IMG/VR virus record: IMGVR_UViG_3300045988_154609
Location: 94,285-158,284 of that record
DNA length: 64,000 nucleotides
Source of the DNA: a virus
Direction: 5' to 3' (one strand)
Shown: positions 58,192 to 64,000 of the stretch, piece after piece
Numbering within the stretch: the first letter of the stretch is position 1
Layout of the letters: each line of letters starts with the position of its first letter
The notes under the pieces: generated by a model
The model's database searches: none
Told to the model about the DNA's origin: nothing
What the model saw: the letters and a program-made list of their open reading frames with translations, nothing else
Translations under genes and position numbers: made by a program

Positions 58192-58263
58192 AGCGGATAA
58201 CGGGATTTGAACCCGTGACACATGCTTGGAAGGCACGTATGTTGCCAACTACACCACACCCGC
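58192..58263 (-). tRNA. tRNA-Gly (TCC)
   Basis: Acceptor GCGGGTG/TATCCGC (two GU pairs), anticodon stem CGTGC/GCATG with loop CTTCCAA, T-arm ACGGG-TTCAAAT-CCCGT. Confidence 0.75.
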
Positions 58264-58373
58264 ATATTTAGCAAATGTTTAAAACATTTGCTATTTTTAA
58301 GAGGAAATTTAAAAAGAGGAAAGTTCTTTAACTTTCTATATTTATTATATCAAAAAATTTTATAAAAATCAAA

Positions 58374-58700
58374 TCATTTCATTTTATACCATTTGTACCA
58401 CTGTCTATAAGTTTCTTTTTTGTCTGGATATTTACAATACTTAGATTTCTTTGCTTCAGGAAAATTCATTTTAAACCAATAATAATGTCTAATTTCACTT
58501 TCCCAATATTCTTCCCAAGTCATTTTATATCCATAATCACAAATATCCCAAGTTTCATAAATTTTTTTAAAATCACTTTTTGAAAGTTTTACATCTGGAT
58601 GCTGTTTCAGCCAAGAACGAACTGTCTGATTTGCAATCCGTTTTTTTATTTTGCCTTTTTTGTCTCCAGCCCAAGGCGTTTTTTTATAACTTCTACTCAT
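58374..58700 (-). CDS. hypothetical basic Trp/Tyr-rich protein
   Basis: 108-aa ORF. Confidence 0.4.
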   Translation of the reverse strand: MSRSYKKTPWAGDKKGKIKKRIANQTVRSWLKQHPDVKLSKSDFKKIYETWDICDYGYKMTWEEYWESEIRHYYWFKMNFPEAKKSKYCKYPDKKETYRQWYKWYKMK

Positions 58701-58794
58701 TATCTAAATCCTCCTTTCCAAGGACTTAGAAGACTGTACCAATATGATAGAACATATATTATCCCTCCTATTGATTTTTTAGTGAATAGTTAAA

Positions 58795-58877
58795 TAGCTC
58801 CTATGGGACTCGAACCCATAAGTCTCGAAGACGTGCGATCTTAAGTCGCATGCGTTTACCAGTTTCGCCAAGGAGCC
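58795..58877 (-). tRNA. tRNA-Leu (TAA)
   Basis: Acceptor GGCTCCT..AGGAGC, anticodon stem TGCGA/TCGCA with loop CTTAAGA, long variable arm, T-arm ATGGG-TTCGAGT-CCCAT. Confidence 0.8.
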
Positions 58878-58884
58878 TTTTTAT

Positions 58885-59511
58885 TTATAATAATTCGCCT
58901 AATCGAATATTATATTTAGCAATAATTTCATTTGCTCTTGTATAATTTCCGCCTTTTGCAGCTAAACCTAACTTCAAAAGAGCTTGACGAATATTTTTTG
59001 AAGTTTGAAGTGCTTGAACAAAATCTTCATCTGGAACAGCATTTCTTTTTTCTTTTTCAACAGAAATATTTTTATTTCTATAATTCTCTGTTTGAGCATG
59101 ACAATTTGGACATAATAATTGAAGGTTTTCTAATACATTATTTAATCTATCTCCATCCATATGATGAACTTCCAAAGGAATTAATTGCCCTTGCCATTCT
59201 GTATTGCCACATTTTTCACATTTATGACCTCTTAAATGAATAAGATGATTTTTCATTTTTTCAGATTTAATAGCTTTGCCATAAACAAAATCAGATTGGT
59301 CATCTAATTTTTTAATAGCTTCAGAACTTCCGTTTAAATCTAAAAAATGAGAAGTATCAAAATTATAATACTCAATCATTTGTCTTATTGCTAAAGCTCC
59401 AGAGCCACTTTTTTCTGCATATCCACATAAAGATGCTACTTGAGCAATAGAAGTTGATTGTTCTACAAATTCTTTTAATTGCTCTTTACTAAAATTTTCC
59501 CATTTCTTCAT
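58885..59511 (-). CDS. HNH endonuclease
   Basis: HHMDGDRLNNVLENLQLLCPNCHAQTE, the HNH/His-Me motif. Confidence 0.7.
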   Translation of the reverse strand: MKKWENFSKEQLKEFVEQSTSIAQVASLCGYAEKSGSGALAIRQMIEYYNFDTSHFLDLNGSSEAIKKLDDQSDFVYGKAIKSEKMKNHLIHLRGHKCEKCGNTEWQGQLIPLEVHHMDGDRLNNVLENLQLLCPNCHAQTENYRNKNISVEKEKRNAVPDEDFVQALQTSKNIRQALLKLGLAAKGGNYTRANEIIAKYNIRLGELL

Positions 59512-59796
59512 AACTATTCTCCTTTTTAAGTTTTTTCGTTCTATTCTAAATAAAATTTAACTTAAAACTTTTAACTTAAAAAGTCCAAAATTTTTTTAAT
59601 ACTCCTCACACTCCGGTGAGGAGTTTATCTTGAATAGTTTATCAAGACACTTTATTTTTCATTTGAGGGATTTGAACCCTCTAAAAATCATTCACAACAC
59701 AATTTTATTATCCATTTTCTTTAATTGCTGAGAAAGTGTCTTTTTTAATTTATATATAAATTATAACATATATTTTTTTTAAAAGCAAATTTTTAT

Positions 59797-60915
59797 TTAA
59801 AGAGCATAATGAAGATTTTTTGCTCCAGCTCTACGGAGAGAAATATAATCTACCTCTCTTTCCTGACGTTTTTTAAGAGCCGCAATTTCTTCATCATTAT
59901 CATCATAGTATTTAGGCAACCAGTTAAGACTAACCTTTTTACCATCAATAATCATGCCGCCCCTATCATAATCATAGGCTATATCGCCAGATTCAAATGA
60001 AGCATAAAAATTAAAACCATTCTCATCATAGCAATCCATGGTAATAGTCTCTTCTTCAAATAAATCAAGATAAACAGTTCTTTTAACATGTCCACCATCT
60101 TTAAAATAAAGAATTGCGTTATAAGTTTCTTTTTCAATACGAATGATATTTAAGTCTTTAATTGCATCTTCGAAGGTAGAGCCAAGAGTAAGCTCAAAAG
60201 CGATTGCCCGCAAACAGTCATAATTAAGATTAACCTTGTGACTAAATGCAATTACTTTATTAATTTCACTATACATACACTCTGGAACCTGATCTTCAAG
60301 ATAAGATTTTACTTCCATATCTGTTGGATATTCAAAGCGAATGTGATAATGAAAACGACCAGGTCTATTGACAAGATAGTCATTCAATCCTCTTAACTCA
60401 TTACAAGTAATTACAAAAAGTTTCTTTCCTTGACTTAATCCATCAAAAAGTGTAAGCATTTCTGTCTGCGGATCGTCGATAGAATTTGATTCATCTCTTT
60501 TGCCAGAAAATGTTTTATCAAACTCATCGAAAAGAACTACAACTTCCTGCTGGATTGAAGAAAGAAAATCCGCAATTCCTGGATAGTAACAATTCACAAT
60601 AATAAGTGGATAGCCTTCTTCTATACCCCTTGCCGCTAGTAATTTAGCAAAAAGAGATTTTCCAATGCCCTTATCGCCAGATAAAATTACGCCAAGATTT
60701 CTATTAACAAGTTTGAAAGAACCTAATACCTTCTGGACTTTCTGAAGATGAACTCCATAAATCTTTTCAGAGATTTTAATATCATCATATTTAGTTAAAT
60801 AGAATCCTGCTTGCGGATTAAAATCTACCTGATAACACTGGGCAGGTAATTTATCTGAAGTTTGAACACTGTTGTCATAAATTCTATAAATACTTCCTGT
60901 GTTTACAATTTGCAT
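59797..60915 (-). CDS. AAA+ ATPase
   Basis: Walker A GDKGIGKS, Walker B VVLFDEFD, and the sensor region LVNRPGRFHYHIRFEYP typical of classical AAA proteins. Confidence 0.6.
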   Translation of the reverse strand: MQIVNTGSIYRIYDNSVQTSDKLPAQCYQVDFNPQAGFYLTKYDDIKISEKIYGVHLQKVQKVLGSFKLVNRNLGVILSGDKGIGKSLFAKLLAARGIEEGYPLIIVNCYYPGIADFLSSIQQEVVVLFDEFDKTFSGKRDESNSIDDPQTEMLTLFDGLSQGKKLFVITCNELRGLNDYLVNRPGRFHYHIRFEYPTDMEVKSYLEDQVPECMYSEINKVIAFSHKVNLNYDCLRAIAFELTLGSTFEDAIKDLNIIRIEKETYNAILYFKDGGHVKRTVYLDLFEEETITMDCYDENGFNFYASFESGDIAYDYDRGGMIIDGKKVSLNWLPKYYDDNDEEIAALKKRQEREVDYISLRRAGAKNLHYAL

Positions 60916-60932
60916 TTATTTATCATTCTCTC

Positions 60933-60982
60933 TTTCTTTATCTTATAAATATATTATATAATATTTTTAAAATAAAATCAAT
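60933..60982 (-). promoter_or_regulatory. conserved promoter box
   Basis: tttctttatcttataaatatattatataatatttttaaaataaaatcaa. Confidence 0.55.
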
Positions 60983-61610
60983 TTACCATCCATTGTTTTG
61001 GAAATCCATCTTCATGAACAACTCGCATTTGTTCTTCATTGTTATACCAATCTCCAATAGGCAAATGTTTTTCATAATCAGTTGAAAAATTCTGCCATAA
61101 TTCTTTCCATATATATTCATCATTAATGCGGAAATCACCATTAAAATTATCAATAATTTCCTTTCCTTTTAAGAAACTTTGAAAATCATTTTCAAAAATA
61201 ATGATTCCACCATTCGCACTATGAGGAGGATGTGCGGCGGGGTAAGCACTACCCGCAGGAAAATCTAAATAATGATCACAGTTTTTAATAAAGTATATAT
61301 CTGAATCAACTAAGCATAATTTGATTCCTACTGGCACTTGAAAAGCATAAATTTTATTTATTGTATATTTAATCCTTTCATCTCTGTCTAAATTAGGAAC
61401 GTTTAAAAGATTAAAATTTGCAATAAAAACATCTTTTTCAGGAAAGATTTTTTTTATATTATCTATATTTATGTTGCTAGCTAATAAAATAAAAAAATCT
61501 TTTTGATAAATACTATTGACAGTTTTTAAGCTGTCATATAAACGTCTTGCTCCTAAAGCATAATCTTCAGTAGCTAACATTGTTCCGAACATCTTTTTCA
61601 TATTTATCAT
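60978..61610 (-). CDS. hypothetical protein, possible nucleotide-sugar glycosyltransferase (DxD motif LVDSDIYF)
   Basis: 210-aa ORF. The assignment is weak. Confidence 0.35.
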   Translation of the reverse strand: MINMKKMFGTMLATEDYALGARRLYDSLKTVNSIYQKDFFILLASNINIDNIKKIFPEKDVFIANFNLLNVPNLDRDERIKYTINKIYAFQVPVGIKLCLVDSDIYFIKNCDHYLDFPAGSAYPAAHPPHSANGGIIIFENDFQSFLKGKEIIDNFNGDFRINDEYIWKELWQNFSTDYEKHLPIGDWYNNEEQMRVVHEDGFPKQWMVN

Positions 61611-61910
61611 CTCCTTATTTTTCTATAATAATTATATAATATTTTTTATAAAAAATCAAATTGATTTTTTAATTAAAAATGTGGTATAATTATATATATT
61701 GAGGAGAATTTAAAAAATAGTTTGCTGGTTAATAAAAAAATCCAGTCTTAATAATAAGATTGGATTTTTTGTTTTTCTTTTCGTTCACGTTTATCTCTTT
61801 CGATTTTACGCATTTCTTTTAATCGTTTACAATTATTGCATCCATGATGGTTACAATTACAATCCCAACAGCCATCAGTATCTAACCAAAACCAATTTGG
61901 TGGTTGCGGC

Positions 61911-62192
61911 TTAGGCTTGCGAAAAATCTTTTTCTTGCTCATCCATACTCTCCCATCTGCGACGGTCCATTCGACACCAATTACGTTTGCCCGCACTATA
62001 ATGTCCTTTTGGATTTGTTTTAAATTGACCAGAGCAACATTCACATGAACAAAAAACCTTATTTTTACTATAGGCATGAAGATTTCTATACCATCCATCT
62101 TCCCATCCATATACTACTTCAGCAATATATCTTTTGTGTTTTGCTTTTTTGATAGATTGTTTTCTTCTAATTCCTCTGGCATTTCTTCGCAT
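61911..62192 (-). CDS. highly basic Cys/Trp-rich protein
   Basis: Strong RBS AGGAGG 6 nt upstream of its ATG. Confidence 0.45.
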   Translation of the reverse strand: MRRNARGIRRKQSIKKAKHKRYIAEVVYGWEDGWYRNLHAYSKNKVFCSCECCSGQFKTNPKGHYSAGKRNWCRMDRRRWESMDEQEKDFSQA

Positions 62193-62213
62193 ATGAAACC
62201 TCCTATATTAAAA

Positions 62214-62236
62214 ATATAAGGGGCATATGCCCCTTT
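62214..62236 (-). terminator. rho-independent terminator
   Basis: Palindrome AAGGGGCATATGCCCCTT followed on the minus strand by ATATTTTT. Confidence 0.55.
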
Positions 62237-62239
62237 ATA

Positions 62240-62590
62240 TTAAAGTGTTTTCTCAATAGCCGCAACATTGGCTTTTGCTACATTACAAGCCTCATTTGCG
62301 TCTAAAAGATATTCCTGCATTTTTGCAAGATGCTTCTGAGCTTCTGCAAGCTCCTGGAGTGCCTCAGAAACCTTACTTGTAGCTCTCTTAGCTCTTTTTT
62401 CTGCAATCTTTGCGTTACAACGGGCAATAGCCAGCTCAGTACCTTTCTCTATATCAAAGGTATCTCTTGGATCTGCCTTTGCATAGCCTTTTACATTTTT
62501 ACCTGCATAAGTACTTACTGCAATTACCTTCCGCTGATTCTGGTCTACAAATACCCGATATTTCTCTTTACCAAAAGTAGTTTTCATCAT
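62240..62590 (-). CDS. hypothetical coiled-coil protein
   Basis: 116-aa ORF. Confidence 0.45.
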   Translation of the reverse strand: MMKTTFGKEKYRVFVDQNQRKVIAVSTYAGKNVKGYAKADPRDTFDIEKGTELAIARCNAKIAEKRAKRATSKVSEALQELAEAQKHLAKMQEYLLDANEACNVAKANVAAIEKTL

Positions 62591-62610
62591 TTTTTAAATC
62601 TCCTTTATCT

Positions 62611-62660
62611 CTTATCTTTAATATAAATATATTATATAATATTTTTATTAAAAAATCAAA
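62611..62660 (-). promoter_or_regulatory. conserved promoter box immediately downstream of the tRNA-like element
   Basis: cttatctttaatataaatatattatataatatttttattaaaaaatcaaa. Confidence 0.55.
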
Positions 62661-62712
62661 GCCGAAGATGAGACTCGAACTCATTTTATATATGTACCAA
62701 CTACACTTCAGC
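62660..62712 (-). ncRNA. tRNA-like element lacking an anticodon arm (acceptor stem + D-arm + T-arm only)
   Basis: Minus strand GCTGAAG-TG-TAGTTGGTACA-TATATAAA-ATGAG-TTCGAGT-CTCAT-CTTCGGC-T. The acceptor halves GCTGAAG/CTTCGGC and the T-arm ATGAG/CTCAT pair perfectly. It is only 52 nt long and has no anticodon stem-loop. Confidence 0.45.
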
Positions 62713-62717
62713 AAAAT

Positions 62718-62743
62718 GCTAAGAAAGATAAATCTTTCTTAGC
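62718..62743 (-). terminator. intrinsic terminator hairpin after the tail-fibre-like gene
   Basis: Perfect 11-12 bp inverted repeat GCTAAGAAAGAT-TTA-TCTTTCTTAGC, followed on the minus strand by ATTTTG. Confidence 0.55.
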
Positions 62744-62756
62744 TTAATATTTTTAA

Positions 62757-63368
62757 TTATGCAAATAAAGCATCAATTTCCTCATTTGTCATAGCTACAA
62801 AATCAGTTTTTTGAGCATATCCAGAAAGGTCAATTACAGTGCCAAGAGCATCCCATGTTTTAGATTCTGCAATATAACCATAGTTCATTCCACTATCAGT
62901 TACATTATAAACATCTCCATCAGCAGCATCTTTTGGTAATGCATCAAAAGTATCTACAGAGCCTTTGAAATGATAAACTCCAGTTAATTTTGCTTCAACT
63001 GCTGATAATTCTGCGCTTGTTGCAAGATGAGCAGCTTCTAATGAAGTTGAAAAAGCATTTGAAACATCTTGCTGAGTTAAAATAGTTGGTTTATTTTGTA
63101 CATTTGCCCAATCTACAGCATCAGCAGATAAAGTACCATCTTCAGAAACTTGCAGTCCAGTACCAACTTTAACTCCACCGAGAGTATCTGCACTTGCTTT
63201 TGTAAGGGTATAATTTTGTAAGCCCGCAAGTTTTTGTTTTTCCTCTGCGGTATAGTCATTAGAAGAAAGTCCTTTTCCCTCTTCGACAGAAACTTTTCCT
63301 TGTAATTTTTCATCAAGTTTAGTTTTAAATCTGGTTAAATTTTCTTTTGTTACAAAAGTATTTGCCAT
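62757..63368 (-). CDS. tail-fibre-like protein
   Basis: Contains DWANVQNKPT, a common phage tail-fibre repeat. Confidence 0.5.
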   Translation of the reverse strand: MANTFVTKENLTRFKTKLDEKLQGKVSVEEGKGLSSNDYTAEEKQKLAGLQNYTLTKASADTLGGVKVGTGLQVSEDGTLSADAVDWANVQNKPTILTQQDVSNAFSTSLEAAHLATSAELSAVEAKLTGVYHFKGSVDTFDALPKDAADGDVYNVTDSGMNYGYIAESKTWDALGTVIDLSGYAQKTDFVAMTNEEIDALFA

Positions 63369-63382
63369 AATTAATTTCCTCC

Positions 63383-63769
63383 TTATTTAAACATTTCGTC
63401 GATTTCACTATCTGACATTACATTTATGCCTAAGTCAGAACTTGTTAAATCGCCATTAATTTTAGTTCCATTTACTGTTGGAATATCAGAAAGAGATGAA
63501 TAGCTTAGTTTTGGTGAAGCAGAAACACCGGTATCCTTACCTTTTACGAACCAATTACCATTGTCGCCAATTTCAGGAGTAGCTCCTTCTGGTCCAATTA
63601 AACTATTTAACCAATCTGATTCAGTGCCTATAAAGCCATTTTGTTTAGCGACTTCATAAGCTGAAAGGCCTTTTTCACCTTTTAAACCTCCTGCACCTGC
63701 GAGAGAAGCTTCAACATATTTTTTTGCTAATGCTAAAGTAACTATATCCATATGTGCATTACACCTCAA
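63383..63769 (-). CDS. tail-fibre-like protein with collagen-like/fibre motif
   Basis: GEKGLSAYEVAKQNGFIGTESDWLNSLIGPEG is a motif widespread in phage tail fibres. Confidence 0.5.
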   Translation of the reverse strand: MRCNAHMDIVTLALAKKYVEASLAGAGGLKGEKGLSAYEVAKQNGFIGTESDWLNSLIGPEGATPEIGDNGNWFVKGKDTGVSASPKLSYSSLSDIPTVNGTKINGDLTSSDLGINVMSDSEIDEMFK

Positions 63770-63941
63770 TCCATTCTTTTGAGCTGTTTAACATATAAAC
63801 AGTGCCAGTACTAATAACAAACGCTGTGCTTCCCATTTGAATGCCAGAGGTTGGAAGATTCTTAATATCTTCTTGAGTATCTACAACATATTCTTTTAAA
63901 TTATATGTAGATTTTCCGTTTTCGGATAAAACTGAAATCAT
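63759..63941 (-). CDS. hypothetical protein
   Basis: 60-aa ORF. Confidence 0.3.
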   Translation of the reverse strand: MISVLSENGKSTYNLKEYVVDTQEDIKNLPTSGIQMGSTAFVISTGTVYMLNSSKEWIEV

Positions 63942-64000
63942 AAAAGATTACTCCTTTCTCCCTCTTTTTATTCTCATGTATAATAAGAAAAAAGTTTGAT

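Noticed and set aside
34391-62660. Possible CRISPR array suggested by the many near-identical about 45-bp repeats
   Set aside because: The repeats are separated by whole genes (0.3-2 kb), not by short uniform spacers. Each one reads as TTGATT-N16-TATAAT upstream of an ORF, so they are promoters, not a CRISPR array.
62660-62712. A fifth genuine tRNA gene
   Set aside because: Acceptor, D and T arms fold, but there is no anticodon stem-loop in the 52 nt. Reported instead as a tRNA-like element.
1-64000. Prophage boundaries, integrase or att sites
   Set aside because: No tyrosine or serine recombinase motifs and no host-like genes were seen. The content is consistent with an internal segment of a virulent phage genome.

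Overview
This is an AT-rich (about 30% GC) window from a large virulent-type phage genome, most likely infecting a low-GC Firmicutes host. Every gene is on the minus strand. Most short intergenic regions carry a highly conserved sigma70-like promoter box of about 45 bp.

The first 26 kb is a replication and recombination module. It holds a partial DnaE/PolC-type polymerase, a Dda/RecD-like helicase, RecJ, a DnaG primase, a DnaB helicase, a Sak4-like ATPase, an SSB-like protein, NAD-dependent ligase LigA, type II topoisomerase subunits A and B, and RNase H. Inside it sits a divergent thyX-like gene split by a group I intron carrying an HNH-type endonuclease ORF. A GIY-YIG homing endonuclease gene sits at the gyrB start, with a duplicated gyrB 5' fragment on its other side.

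A lysis cassette (multidomain lysin plus a 2-TM holin-like protein) and a PIN-PhoH protein follow. Next comes a long accessory region of small single-promoter genes, covered in three groups. First, it contains a flotillin/SPFH protein and a probable tRNA/RNA-repair toolkit. The toolkit is a P-loop kinase with a calcineurin-like phosphoesterase, an Rnl-type RNA ligase, a frameshifted Thg1-like 3'-5' polymerase, a pol-beta nucleotidyltransferase, a DEDD exonuclease and an HD hydrolase. Second, it holds a divergent PurA-like (adenylosuccinate-synthetase family) enzyme that is a candidate PurZ-like DNA-base-modification gene, a vWA protein followed by a Met-rich protein, a PPP phosphatase, a PARG-like macrodomain protein, and a LAGLIDADG endonuclease. 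Third, it carries a complete diversity-generating retroelement: reverse transcriptase, a 128-bp TR/VR pair with adenine-specific differences, and an FGE/C-type-lectin-fold tail-fibre target. A TROVE/Ro60-like vWA protein lies beside a cluster of four tRNAs (Cys, Lys, Gly, Leu), and the window ends with an HNH endonuclease, an AAA+ ATPase and the start of the tail-fibre genes.

Non-coding signals worth attention are: a tRNA-like element lacking an anticodon arm; an orphan tRNA T-arm; a GC-rich element repeated at two distant sites, each fused to a terminator hairpin; and a tandemly duplicated promoter box separated by a hairpin.
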